Shown here: piece after piece, positions 1-8,684 of the stretch
Layout of the letters: each line of letters opens with the position of its first letter
Position numbering within the stretch: the first letter of the stretch is position 1
Sequence record: NC_070903.1
Origin: Escherichia phage P2_AC1
DNA length: 33,349 nt
Direction: 5' to 3' (one strand)
Position numbers and translations under genes: made by a program
The notes under the pieces: model-generated
What the model saw: only the letters and a program-made list of their open reading frames with translations
Database searches by the model: none
What the model was told of the DNA's origin: nothing

Positions 1-104
1 CGCCCGCTTCGTGGGGCGGTTTTAATGCAGTTGCATGAACACTCCAAGAGCGCGCCAGCACTGACGATAACTGACAATAAAAACGGCTTCTGACATATGC
101 ACAT

Positions 105-1022
105 TCATTCACAATCATGCATATTAAAGAACGGGTATGGATAGCGTCGTAAGATCTCATCTTCACTGTACCCCAAATAATCAGACATGAGTTTAATCGA
201 AGGTGGCGTTACAGGTTTCATAAGTAGAGGAAAACGTTCGTGCAAATCATTGAATTTAAGAATCCCTGAATCTTCTTGCATTACTCTTTTGTCAAACAGC
301 GATTCAGCATACAATGGCAACTCTTTGAGCAACAGATTAATATCAAGCAACAAAACATCTATCATAATCATTATTTGCTCAGTAATATCAATGTAATAAG
401 CTGCCTTATTACTACCTATAGCATTAACAATATCATCATTTTTAAAACGCATCGTAGGCAAAGGTGAACCTGTTGATTCAATAATCATTCCTCTATAGGT
501 GTCATCAAAATCATTCCTAACATTTAATGCAGCCAATAGGCTGTTAAACCTTCTTGCTATATCACTAACAGCAAAAGCATCCCCCCAGTTAGTAGTCTTT
601 GCTGTTTCTCTATTATTCCCTACTCCCTTTTGACTCAATATACAGGCCAACTCACTTAAATCTGATGATAGAGGAGCACCAGAAAAAACCACAACAGGAA
701 AAGCTAAAGCCCTCTCGATAGGATTTTCACTTATACTTACCCCACCATAATAATTCCCTTTAATTTGCAACAACGTTGTCATTGCAGAAAAGTAGTCATA
801 AATACATTTATTTACAACGCTTACCTTTCTTCTTTGTGCTTTAAGGTACTCCTGCCGATAAAACAACCTAGTTGCAATAAAGTAACTCAGCACAGAAGAT
901 ATAATTGGTAATACTACAGGCAGCACATAATCTTTTATGACATTAGTATTATTAACGCCTTTAATTGCATCAATAATATCCTCAACCTGAAGCTGTCCTA
1001 TTATATAGCTCGTATAATCCAT
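105..1022 (-). CDS. hypothetical cargo protein, N-terminal transmembrane anchor; no family recognised
   Basis: 305-aa ORF; ATG at 1020-1022 lies 2 nt after the stop of the upstream small ORF (tgaTAatg), suggesting coupling; hydrophobic helix at about res 33-55 (LPVVLPIISSVLSYFIATRLFY); strongly AT-rich DNA unlike backbone; last gene before the genome end. Confidence 0.6.
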   Translation of the reverse strand: MDYTSYIIGQLQVEDIIDAIKGVNNTNVIKDYVLPVVLPIISSVLSYFIATRLFYRQEYLKAQRRKVSVVNKCIYDYFSAMTTLLQIKGNYYGGVSISENPIERALAFPVVVFSGAPLSSDLSELACILSQKGVGNNRETAKTTNWGDAFAVSDIARRFNSLLAALNVRNDFDDTYRGMIIESTGSPLPTMRFKNDDIVNAIGSNKAAYYIDITEQIMIMIDVLLLDINLLLKELPLYAESLFDKRVMQEDSGILKFNDLHERFPLLMKPVTPPSIKLMSDYLGYSEDEILRRYPYPFFNMHDCE

Positions 1023-1024
1023 TA

Positions 1025-1213
1025 TCAGAAAGCCGTTATTGTTCTATTACAACGTTCAGTAGCAACTTTCACAGCATCACGCCCATCACTTAATTTAGGG
1101 TAAGAACCAATCTCTATAAAATATTGGACACCTCTTTCAATACAACCCTCAACTTCTTTTTTATTACTCTCATTACAACCAGCCAGCAACGCCCCCAAAA
1201 AGCCATAACACAA
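1025..1213 (-). CDS. small ORF (62 codons) with non-ATG (TTG) start, lipobox-like LLAGC near N-terminus; possibly coupled to downstream 305-aa gene
   Basis: Start codon read directly as TTG (rc of caa at 1211-1213); AAGGAG lies upstream but is better spaced for a TTG in another frame, so frame and start are uncertain. Confidence 0.3.
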   Translation of the reverse strand: MCYGFLGALLAGCNESNKKEVEGCIERGVQYFIEIGSYPKLSDGRDAVKVATERCNRTITAF

Positions 1214-1702
1214 ATCAGTTTTCTTTTCAATCCAAACTCCTTAACAAACACAATACAAAAACATATAAATATATTATTTTTCAAACTAAGTAAATCCCAG
1301 CGATTCATAAACCCTCTGTGTCAATCTGATGGGCATCTAACGCCTCGCTGTGCTTGTTGTTCAACGCTGCCATTCCAGAACGACTGGAGAGATTCCCTAT
1401 CGTCTATGTGATGCTGCAACTCAGGATTGACCGATATTATTAAACCACTCCATAAATACCTCTAACAATTCTCCCCGACCAACTCACTCAGCGTCATTTT
1501 TTCGTTGCCCATCATCTGCTGTAGACGAAGAACATTTCATGGAACGATTTTAATACTGATGCGTTCATAGTTGAATTCAGCACAATAGCCGTAAGCAGGC
1601 ATAATCTTCTAACATTAATAATACATGTGCATTCATATAACATCGACAATTTTAATGATTTTATCAAAATAAAAAATAACATACCCATTATAAACGATAT
1701 AC

Positions 1703-1725
1703 AGCCGCTGAAAAATAGCGGCTGC
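1703..1725 (-). terminator. candidate intrinsic terminator downstream of the TIR gene
   Basis: Inverted repeat cagccgc / gcggctg with 9-nt loop, about 50 nt past the TIR-gene stop; U-tract on the minus strand is interrupted (tatatcgttta), so weak. Confidence 0.35.
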
Positions 1726-1775
1726 GGCATTATAAGTTTATATATGCAAAATTATTTATGATTAGTCAAAATTGA

Positions 1776-2723
1776 TTATTCCATTTCATCCCGTTCTGCA
1801 TCCTCCTCATCCATCATGTCAATTAAATTTCTGGTCCGCAATCTAAGCGCACTATTGAACATATTGTTTGATGAAACCCCACAATAATTATCTAAGTGAG
1901 CGATTACTCTAGAACAATCCATTATCATTTTATTTAATGATTCAATTAACTCGCTCCTAGATGTTTCATCAATACCACGGCGAATAAATCTTCTTTTTAC
2001 ACGAATTAGTGAATGATGCATGGATAATAAATCAGAAGCTACAATTTTTAAAACAGTTTCTTTACGCCCTTCCCTGTTTATTATTTTGCTAACATATTCT
2101 TCTGGCAATAATGATGCTGGATCACGCAATAATTGGTGATTTGTTCGGCTAATATCCAGCAAACTTTCAACAATTTTGGAAAGATTTTGTATCTCAGAAG
2201 TCGAATCACCTTTTGTTTTTTTAGTGGAATCTTTATCTACAGGGTTAATATCTTGAATGTTATCTAACTCACGCTCTAAACTTGGCCACCATTGCTCGAA
2301 AGCTTTAGTTAAGCGTTCTTCAGTCAAAAATCCTGCTTGATTATTTATTGACAACATCAACTTCAAAATATCGTTCTTATCATCCGAACGAGTATACTGG
2401 AATTGTAATATTGGGCCTGTTATCTCAGATGGTTTAATTTTAAACAAGAAAGGACTAACCCGGCTCTTATCAACCTTTTTACCTAAAGCACCCGCCTCAA
2501 AATTTATCCACGGTGCATTAATATTATTTTTTGTAAGGCAAATAATCCCATAAGAAGAGTCATCAAGTTCCTTTGATATATCAGTCGCCCAGCGAGTGCC
2601 TTTATCAATATCTTCCGCTGATACGTACGGCTCAGCTACTTGAATAACATTCGGTATCCAATCCCGTAATACTTTTGCTATCTCCAGGCTGTCCTGACCT
2701 GACCAACTAATAAATATCTTCAT
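1776..2723 (-). CDS. TIR-domain protein (N-terminal TIR, about res 1-125) with C-terminal helical domain of unknown function; candidate NAD+-consuming defence effector/sensor
   Basis: 315-aa ORF, ATG 2721-2723 with AAGGT about 9 nt upstream; N-terminus MKIFISWSGQD matches the TIR beta-A motif (F-I-S-x-S-x-x-D, same spacing as FISYSEHD of Toll-like receptors); W72-x3-E76 (APWINFEAG) matches the TIR W-x-x-x-E spacing; AT-rich. Confidence 0.75.
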   Translation of the reverse strand: MKIFISWSGQDSLEIAKVLRDWIPNVIQVAEPYVSAEDIDKGTRWATDISKELDDSSYGIICLTKNNINAPWINFEAGALGKKVDKSRVSPFLFKIKPSEITGPILQFQYTRSDDKNDILKLMLSINNQAGFLTEERLTKAFEQWWPSLERELDNIQDINPVDKDSTKKTKGDSTSEIQNLSKIVESLLDISRTNHQLLRDPASLLPEEYVSKIINREGRKETVLKIVASDLLSMHHSLIRVKRRFIRRGIDETSRSELIESLNKMIMDCSRVIAHLDNYCGVSSNNMFNSALRLRTRNLIDMMDEEDAERDEME

Positions 2724-2934
2724 AATACCATACCTTGATTAAAAAAGATCCATATCTATGACGTCAATACCTGAGCACGCGGGGAAGTTATGCCTTATGG
2801 CAGAATGATTTCTTATTAAGCCCGTGTTTTTGCTACATGTAGCGATAGCTGGCAGTGAAAACACCCATTTCCACATGCAAAACAATGCATCTGATACATG
2901 CGGATTTACAATGTCAGCTAATCAAAAGTCATGT

Positions 2935-2964
2935 AAAAAAATCACCCCCTAAGGGGTGATTTTT
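2935..2964 (-). terminator. rho-independent terminator (bidirectional hairpin) ending the A-proximal cargo operon
   Basis: Perfect 8-bp stem atcacccc / ggggtgat with 4-nt loop (2941-2960), A6 on one side and T4 on the other; on the minus strand it directly follows the stop of the 185-aa gene and is followed by 6 U. Confidence 0.65.
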
Positions 2965-3520
2965 ATGCGTATACAACCTTTTCAACCTGAGTATCAGGAA
3001 GCAGCATTATAGCTTCCTCTAAATCTCTTCCTTTGACCCACTGTACTAAACTACTTGCTGTCTTTATGACCCTAACACAGAACCATACAGCAAGGACAAA
3101 TGGAAACATGTAAAGCAATAACATTAAGCTATTGAATAACAGTACATTTTCAAGTATCCGACCGGATTTAAACAGTACATCAACAACTTCTCTATCATCA
3201 CAGCGTTTGAAAACATCTATCTCACGCCGAATTTTCTGCCTTATTGCATGGTTTTCTGCCATACGCTTTTGAGCACGAAATTTGTTTGGCAACGTGAGTA
3301 AATGCAATCTATTGATAGCGTTATTCAATGAGTCATGCACAAGTGTTGCCGCTTGCATGGAAGTATCGGAACCTCCATCAATGATTTTCCTCCTAGCGAC
3401 ATCACGAAGCGCAAACAATTGGTTTCTATAATGAAGTCGGATGGACGGCAAAATGATTCGCTCGTAAATGAAGTGTGCTGCGCCTAAACCCAACAGCACA
3501 TAAAACAGCACTGTCAGCAT
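2963..3520 (-). CDS. hypothetical membrane protein (two predicted TM helices flanking a ~110-aa soluble region)
   Basis: 185-aa ORF with strong RBS (AGGAG 6 nt before ATG at 3518-3520); TM1 res 2-19, TM2 about res 129-150; starts 20 nt after the stop of the upstream 126-aa gene (operon); followed by the terminator. Confidence 0.7.
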   Translation of the reverse strand: MLTVLFYVLLGLGAAHFIYERIILPSIRLHYRNQLFALRDVARRKIIDGGSDTSMQAATLVHDSLNNAINRLHLLTLPNKFRAQKRMAENHAIRQKIRREIDVFKRCDDREVVDVLFKSGRILENVLLFNSLMLLLYMFPFVLAVWFCVRVIKTASSLVQWVKGRDLEEAIMLLPDTQVEKVVYA

Positions 3521-3540
3521 AATAACTCCTAAATAAACAA

Positions 3541-3921
3541 CTATTTATCACTTGTACCCAAGGCTTGAGTGGTCTGTCTTTGTTGATACTTTGTTTTCTC
3601 GTTACCGATTCTCTGTGCCTCGGAACTAAAACAGCGCCTCATGATTCGCGCATGTGCAGACCAAGCCAAACCCACTATTACCGAGATAGCCCAACCAACC
3701 AAGGAATGCTCCTTAAAGCCATCAACAATAGAGAAGGCTAAATTGGACAAGTCAGTTTTTGGTAACCTCCATGCAGCAATCATTAAAATAATACTGATGG
3801 TAATAGGTATCAACTGACCATTAGACATGGCTCTTATCATTACATCCCGCCACGCCTGAGCCCACGTAACCTTAACCTGATTTTTGTTGCCTTTGCCTTT
3901 GCCTTTGCCTTGCTTCCCCAT
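3541..3921 (-). CDS. hypothetical small 2-TM membrane protein with Gly/Lys-rich N-terminus
   Basis: 126-aa ORF, ATG at 3919-3921; two hydrophobic helices (about res 36-52 and 73-89); first gene after a ~330-bp non-coding gap downstream of A; the N-terminal (GK)n is encoded by a hexamer repeat, so the true start could be internal. Confidence 0.6.
   Translation of the reverse strand: MGKQGKGKGKGNKNQVKVTWAQAWRDVMIRAMSNGQLIPITISIILMIAAWRLPKTDLSNLAFSIVDGFKEHSLVGWAISVIVGLAWSAHARIMRRCFSSEAQRIGNEKTKYQQRQTTQALGTSDK
3886..3913. repeat. in-frame hexanucleotide tandem repeat (ctttgc x3 plus partial copies) encoding the GKGKGKG tract
   Basis: Direct reading of ttgcctttgcctttgcctttgccttgc at the 5' end of the 126-aa ORF. 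Confidence 0.5.
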
Positions 3922-4250
3922 TTTACCCAGCCGCCGGTTACTTTTGAGGGCGCAAATAGTACAACTCGCTATCGTATTCAGTCAAAAAAGCTTTTCAGAT
4001 TTTTGACAAAAGCCAGCTTAATCCTTGATTACTTCTCCTTCTCAATACAAGGTGTATAGCAAAGAGCGCCCATCAATCAAGCAAAATCTCCTTCCTTTGG
4101 CTTCATTTATCACCAAAACACAACATATAGAGTACATCTTCCCATTAAATAACTATACGAGAGTGCAACGAGGAAACATTCTAATCATAGAACAAGATCT
4201 TTAGATGCTTAACGCTGCCCCCTGTAAATAATTTTCGCAACTGGCGACGT

Positions 4251-6572
4251 TCACTCCATTACTGCTGAGAATCCCCGCCACTCATCAGCGACCGGATACG
4301 TGAATTTTTTCCCGTCGTAATTTACAATTGCTCCACGCGCCAGCGCCTCAAGCTCCCATCGCTGCGGCCTGATACCGTTCTGAGCAAGGTCAACGCGGAT
4401 ACGGGTAATTTGCATTCGTTCTGACCGGGTCAGTCTGGCCGATGGTGCCATTTCATGCTGTTTTAACGGGCTTCCGTTTCTTTGCTGACGGTTTGGTCTT
4501 CTCAGACCTTGTTTTAATGCGCCCCTGAGCGCCCTCACGACCTCCGGGTCATTCCATTCAATAACACCGTCATCAACCAGATTAAGCACTGCTGCGGCGT
4601 GCTCAGAAGGTGTGGGAGCCGGTAACGAAGTATCACCACCGGTGAGCTTTCCACAGTTATTGACAGGACTCCGAGGCGCGGCGATGCCGCTTTTTAAAGT
4701 CAAAGGCTCAACGACCGGCACTTTCGGCACAATGCGCCAGTCCGTCGTTCTGGTGATATGAATATGACGCGCGCCGAGATGCGGCGCGTAAATGCCGACC
4801 ACTCTCTCGACTTCTTCCTCGTACTCGTTAACGTCATCCGACGGGCTACGGGCAACCCTGACAGTCTGACAATCGCGCGGGACATTTGCCCCACCCTGCG
4901 CGCTGATATACAACGCAAAATCACCACTGTCTGCAGCAGCGCGAGCAGCCTCGACGCGTTCGTCAAACTCATCAGCAATACTGACGCCGCGAGGCAATTT
5001 GCGTAGTTCACGGTAAGCCCCCATTGTCGGCAGGCCAACCGTTTTAAATTGCGGGATGCGCCACGTTGACGCCCATGCGGTAACAGCCGCCGCTGTGTCT
5101 TTCAGCGGTCTGCCGGTATCGTTATCGAGCTGACCATCCAGTGCATAGCCGTCGATGTTTTTTGAAATGTATTTCGCGATATATCCCGCAGCACCGCCCC
5201 GGTTAAGGTGTTTTGCCTGAAAACGGTTTCGCGCGGCTCCTCTTTCGTCGCCATCCTCTTTGAGCGCATAGCGACGCATGATTTCGATAATCTGGTTGCG
5301 CTGGCGTGGATTACAAAAAAGCATCATATGCCAGTGCGGCGTTCCGTCGTGGTGTGGCTCGACGACACGCAAACCGTAGACCTGTAAATCATTATCCTTG
5401 AATGCCGTGCGCATCAGGCTCCAGATACGGCAGAGATAACGCTGCGCATCCTTTGGATTAAATGCCTCATCGTTCCAGCCGTGATTAAGCTGAACGGTTT
5501 TACTTTCGCCTTTTCCGACCTGACGTGTCGGGTGATACTTTGACGGCGCGGTCAGCGTGATAAACATCCCCACATCACCCTCTGCGGCGGCGTAACGCTC
5601 AATACCGGCAATGGTGTTCATCAGCTCCATCCGGCGAATTTCTGGATTAGAAATACTGCCCATCACCTTACTGATAAGGTCGATGCGCTCGCCAGTTTCC
5701 CTGTTTTCAAGGTCACACGATTTAAGAAATTCCAGATTTGCCTGGCGGCGCGCACGCACATCACGAATGGCATGTTTACTGGCATAAGGAGAACGGTCTT
5801 TATTGACCTCCCCGACAGCAATCAGTAACGCCTCATGCCAGCGCATACGCTGGCCTTTAAGCTGATGAGTCCACCACTCATCGTTAAACAGGCGGGTAAT
5901 GGCAGAATATGCCTGCCTCGTGGTCATCTGCCCTTTACGGTATTTTTTCCAGTAGAGAGGGGAAATATTGAAAGCTCGTGCAGCGCCAGCAACATGACCA
6001 TACAGGTGAGCCTGCGCCTCATCCGTAAACAGCGATTCTTTCTCGCCATGCGCATCCACCCAGGCATCGCTGAGTTCCTCATACATCATGAAAAGCTGCG
6101 ATGAGATACGGGCGGCAAATTTTTTCAGCTCCTTGTCATTCATCCCCGGCAGGCGCGCATAGTGGTCACGCTCTGCCAGAAACAGCAACGACGCGTTGGT
6201 GTTCATTTCATGGCGCTGATTAACGCGCTCAATGCGCGGCCATAAACGACGCTGAAAAGTGGATGTGAGGAAATAAAACCCGTGCACCGGGCTTTTATTG
6301 CGCCGGATGTAGTCATAGCGTGAAGTAAACAGCGAGCGCAAAAAGTAAGGCAGGCGGTTAATCGTGGATAAAACACCTTGCACCTGACGCATCTCGTCAC
6401 GTGTAAGGGGTCTTTCGCGCCCGACAGCCTCGCGTGGCGCGTTCCATGCATAAGCACCGGTAAACGCCTTACCGGTGCCTGCGGCAAATGCTGACGGAGG
6501 GACAAAACGCCCGGAGGCTTTAACGGCCATGTGAGCCAAAAGCCTCTGAACAACGCTTGCTGAGTTGCTCAA
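4251..6572 (-). CDS. A: replication initiation endonuclease gpA (rolling-circle initiator)
   Basis: 773-aa ORF; sequence (MAVKASGRFVPPSAF..., HHDGTPHWHMMLF, YIAKYISKNIDGY) matches P2 gpA as remembered; true start probably the internal Met at about 6530 (~759 aa). Confidence 0.95.
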   Translation of the reverse strand: MSNSASVVQRLLAHMAVKASGRFVPPSAFAAGTGKAFTGAYAWNAPREAVGRERPLTRDEMRQVQGVLSTINRLPYFLRSLFTSRYDYIRRNKSPVHGFYFLTSTFQRRLWPRIERVNQRHEMNTNASLLFLAERDHYARLPGMNDKELKKFAARISSQLFMMYEELSDAWVDAHGEKESLFTDEAQAHLYGHVAGAARAFNISPLYWKKYRKGQMTTRQAYSAITRLFNDEWWTHQLKGQRMRWHEALLIAVGEVNKDRSPYASKHAIRDVRARRQANLEFLKSCDLENRETGERIDLISKVMGSISNPEIRRMELMNTIAGIERYAAAEGDVGMFITLTAPSKYHPTRQVGKGESKTVQLNHGWNDEAFNPKDAQRYLCRIWSLMRTAFKDNDLQVYGLRVVEPHHDGTPHWHMMLFCNPRQRNQIIEIMRRYALKEDGDERGAARNRFQAKHLNRGGAAGYIAKYISKNIDGYALDGQLDNDTGRPLKDTAAAVTAWASTWRIPQFKTVGLPTMGAYRELRKLPRGVSIADEFDERVEAARAAADSGDFALYISAQGGANVPRDCQTVRVARSPSDDVNEYEEEVERVVGIYAPHLGARHIHITRTTDWRIVPKVPVVEPLTLKSGIAAPRSPVNNCGKLTGGDTSLPAPTPSEHAAAVLNLVDDGVIEWNDPEVVRALRGALKQGLRRPNRQQRNGSPLKQHEMAPSARLTRSERMQITRIRVDLAQNGIRPQRWELEALARGAIVNYDGKKFTYPVADEWRGFSAVME

Positions 6573-6795
6573 CCTGCGCGTTTAAATCAGCAAAAGATTT
6601 TGCGCTTCCGGTCAGAATATCGTGATGCATCATGCCGGAAACGAGCTGGCTTAATTTCGGGTAATAACCAACCACCGCCAGCCATTCCTGACCGGCGTTT
6701 TTACCGCTTTCCGCTCTCTTTTTCTCGTGGAGAATAAACTGAAAGCTGTCACTGGTAACGACATAACGTTCGCCAATTTCAATACGAATACTCAT
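6520..6795 (-). CDS. P2 orf83-like early-region protein, function unknown
   Basis: 91-aa ORF in the conserved position immediately upstream of A, overlapping the neighbouring stop/start. Confidence 0.7.
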   Translation of the reverse strand: MSIRIEIGERYVVTSDSFQFILHEKKRAESGKNAGQEWLAVVGYYPKLSQLVSGMMHHDILTGSAKSFADLNAQVEQLSKRCSEAFGSHGR

Positions 6796-7016
6796 GCCGT
6801 TCTCCGGTAATGTTTGTTTTTTGCTTCAAAGACTGACTGGCAGGAAACACAACGCGTGGCTGAAGGATAAGCCGCACGACGGGCAGCAGGTATTGGCGCG
6901 TCACACTCTTCGCAAACCAGCGCAGAAGCTCCGCAATGTTTTACCCTTGCCGCGTTAATCTGGCGCTCCAGTAATTCAGCCTGTTGTTCCTGAATAAAAT
7001 CTACGTTGTCCGGCAT
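6792..7016 (-). CDS. TraR/DksA-family C4 zinc-finger protein (P2 orf82-like)
   Basis: 74-aa ORF with CEEC-x17-CVSC four-cysteine motif; conserved position between B and A. Confidence 0.75.
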   Translation of the reverse strand: MPDNVDFIQEQQAELLERQINAARVKHCGASALVCEECDAPIPAARRAAYPSATRCVSCQSVFEAKNKHYRRTA

Positions 7017-7321
7017 TACCAGTTCCTTTTGTCGTTCAGTTTTTTAAATTCATCAGCGCAATAGCTGGCGATTTCTGTAGTTAATTTCGTCAGTTCATCC
7101 ACGGAGGAAATTTGCTTGTGAAATACAGCGCGTTTAACAAGTAAATTGACCACATCAGACAGGAGGTTTAATTCATTCTGATAAATCGCGATAACAGATT
7201 CAGTTATGTCGCGTTTTTCTTTATCAAGACAAAGTTGAATAAGAGACAAATCGCCATTTTTCATAACGGCGATTTTTAAGGCGTTATTCAGTAATACAAC
7301 TGAATGAGAACAGGACATCAA
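7016..7321 (-). CDS. P2 orf81-like early-region protein, function unknown
   Basis: 101-aa ORF, start/stop overlap with neighbours (operon packing). Confidence 0.7.
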   Translation of the reverse strand: MMSCSHSVVLLNNALKIAVMKNGDLSLIQLCLDKEKRDITESVIAIYQNELNLLSDVVNLLVKRAVFHKQISSVDELTKLTTEIASYCADEFKKLNDKRNW

Positions 7322-7575
7322 AGTACCTCCCCGCGAGACAATCCGATATTGTGAAATTTTTCCGACTCCTGACTGAGCAGCTCGACTATCTCCACGCGGG
7401 ATAACTCCGCCTTTGTGATGTGGCGAATCATGGCGTCAAGATGAGAAGAAAAGCGCGTCGCCGCGTCGGCCTGTGCTTCGGTTCTGGCCTGTTGCAGCAG
7501 TAATGCGTATTTACCGCACTGATTTTCAGAAACTGTATGCATGACTTTCTCCAAGCAAAAAAAAGCCCCGCACAA
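7318..7575 (-). CDS. P2 orf80-like early-region protein, function unknown
   Basis: 85-aa ORF; true start may be the internal Met (MHTVSENQ...). Confidence 0.6.
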   Translation of the reverse strand: MCGAFFCLEKVMHTVSENQCGKYALLLQQARTEAQADAATRFSSHLDAMIRHITKAELSRVEIVELLSQESEKFHNIGLSRGEVL

Positions 7576-7605
7576 TTAAGTGCGTTAAAAACTCTGGTTA
7601 ATTAC

Positions 7606-8106
7606 TTAATGCAGATATTGCTCTGGTTTTACCGATGTCAGAATTGTCGGTGCATACTCAAACAGACTGAATAATTCACGTAATGCACGGAATAAAGCAT
7701 CACGCCAGTAACATGATTCTTCATTAATTCGCCAGTATGGCTGGTTGAATTCTTTTTCTGTCAATCTGGCATGCATAAATAAAGTACGCCGCTGACTGAC
7801 TGTTAAAAAACTAATATATGCATACTCACTTGCACCGACCTGACGGCGTTTTGAGAATGCCCCACGCAATTCATCAATTGCACAAACCAGCCGTTCACGT
7901 TCGACATCGTTCATTTCTTCGAAACGCATCGTTGCGTGACGTTGTTTTAACTGCGCATGGAAGCAAACCGTTAGCCGTTCACGTTCCATCATCTGATTAT
8001 AATAATCACATGTCTCCTGCCAGCGAGGGACGGCCAGATGCTTACCAATTATCCGGCGCATAGCTGCTGGCTGTTTTTCGACGAGATTAAGTGTCATCAC
8101 TGTCAT
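7606..8106 (-). CDS. B: gpB, replication protein (helicase-loader-like)
   Basis: 166-aa ORF MTVMTLNLVEKQPAAMRRIIGKHLAVPRWQ... near-identical to P2 gpB as remembered. Confidence 0.9.
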   Translation of the reverse strand: MTVMTLNLVEKQPAAMRRIIGKHLAVPRWQETCDYYNQMMERERLTVCFHAQLKQRHATMRFEEMNDVERERLVCAIDELRGAFSKRRQVGASEYAYISFLTVSQRRTLFMHARLTEKEFNQPYWRINEESCYWRDALFRALRELFSLFEYAPTILTSVKPEQYLH

Positions 8107-8300
8107 TTCCAGCCCCTCCGGCTTTTCAGAAAGGTCAGAGCCTTTTTTAACGGACTCTGTTTTTTGGTACGGATAATGATTCCCTTGCGTCCCTTCCCGT
8201 GGGTGATGGTGAAGTCAATCGCCCTGGGGCTTTCGTTACGCAGTAACTGAGCAATACAACGCGGCTCATTCATAATCACAACCCCATCCACAAAAGCCAT
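8103..8300 (-). CDS. small early ORF between cox and B (P2 orf78 position)
   Basis: 65-codon ORF overlapping the cox 3' end and the B start; position conserved in P2 but sequence not recognised. Confidence 0.45.
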   Translation of the reverse strand: MAFVDGVVIMNEPRCIAQLLRNESPRAIDFTITHGKGRKGIIIRTKKQSPLKKALTFLKSRRGWK

Positions 8301-8563
8301 GCATCACGCTGTTCAACCGGTCGGTTATAAAACGCATCACGTACAGCGCGATTAAACTCAGGAATGAAAACCCATTTTTCACCGGCACGAGCCTTCGGTT
8401 TGCAAGGATCACGCAATTCAATAATTGGTAATTTATTTGCCTTCACCATTTCACTGACTGCTGTCTTTGGCTTCCCTAATAAATCAGCAAATTTATCCAC
8501 ATGAACCGCATCAAGCGGATACTGAATCACATAATTTTCAGCGTCCATATATGGTACCCTCAT
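8276..8563 (-). CDS. cox: Cox-like excisionase / early-operon transcriptional regulator
   Basis: First gene of the early operon, divergent from C; C-terminal KLPIIELRDP...AGEKWVFIPEFN...RDAWLLWMGL resembles P2 Cox as remembered; N-terminal part differs; true start may be the internal Met. Confidence 0.75.
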   Translation of the reverse strand: MRVPYMDAENYVIQYPLDAVHVDKFADLLGKPKTAVSEMVKANKLPIIELRDPCKPKARAGEKWVFIPEFNRAVRDAFYNRPVEQRDAWLLWMGL

Positions 8564-8684
8564 AGGATCCAGCCCTTTCTAAACCACTCAAAACCGTTTA
8601 GACGCTGGTTTATTCTCAAATCAATGGAACCTATATAGGTTCCAGTTTTGAGGGAATTTAGTCCCTATATAGGCACCATGTCAA
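8564..8684. promoter_or_regulatory. divergent Pe/Pc immunity switch region with two operator-like palindromes
   Basis: 121-bp gap between divergent cox (-) and C (+); CCTATATAGG occurs twice (8630-8639, 8664-8673), the first within an 18-bp perfect palindrome GGAACCTATATAGGTTCC. Confidence 0.6.

Noticed and set aside
1-30. GC-rich inverted-repeat-like start of the window (cgcccgcttcgtggggcgg followed by tttt)
   Set aside because: Pairing is imperfect; more likely part of the cos-proximal packaging region at the other genome end than a discrete terminator.
1124-1730. ORFs 1124-1411 (+), 1114-1308 (-) and 1512-1730 (-) in the gap between the TIR gene and the 305-aa module
   Set aside because: Composition-driven frames without convincing starts; translations are poly-Phe/Ile/Leu low-complexity; treated as non-coding (see finding) apart from the low-confidence 62-codon ORF.
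1-3921. Expected P2 old and tin genes at the right end
   Set aside because: Neither an Old-like ~580-aa ATPase/nuclease nor a Tin-like ORF is present; the locus is occupied by the unrelated cargo genes described.
7560-7590. Possible hairpin (cgcac-aattaa-gtgcg) with an A-run between B and orf80
   Set aside because: Only a 5-bp stem and the U-tract on the transcribed strand is separated from the stem by GGGC; too weak to call a terminator.
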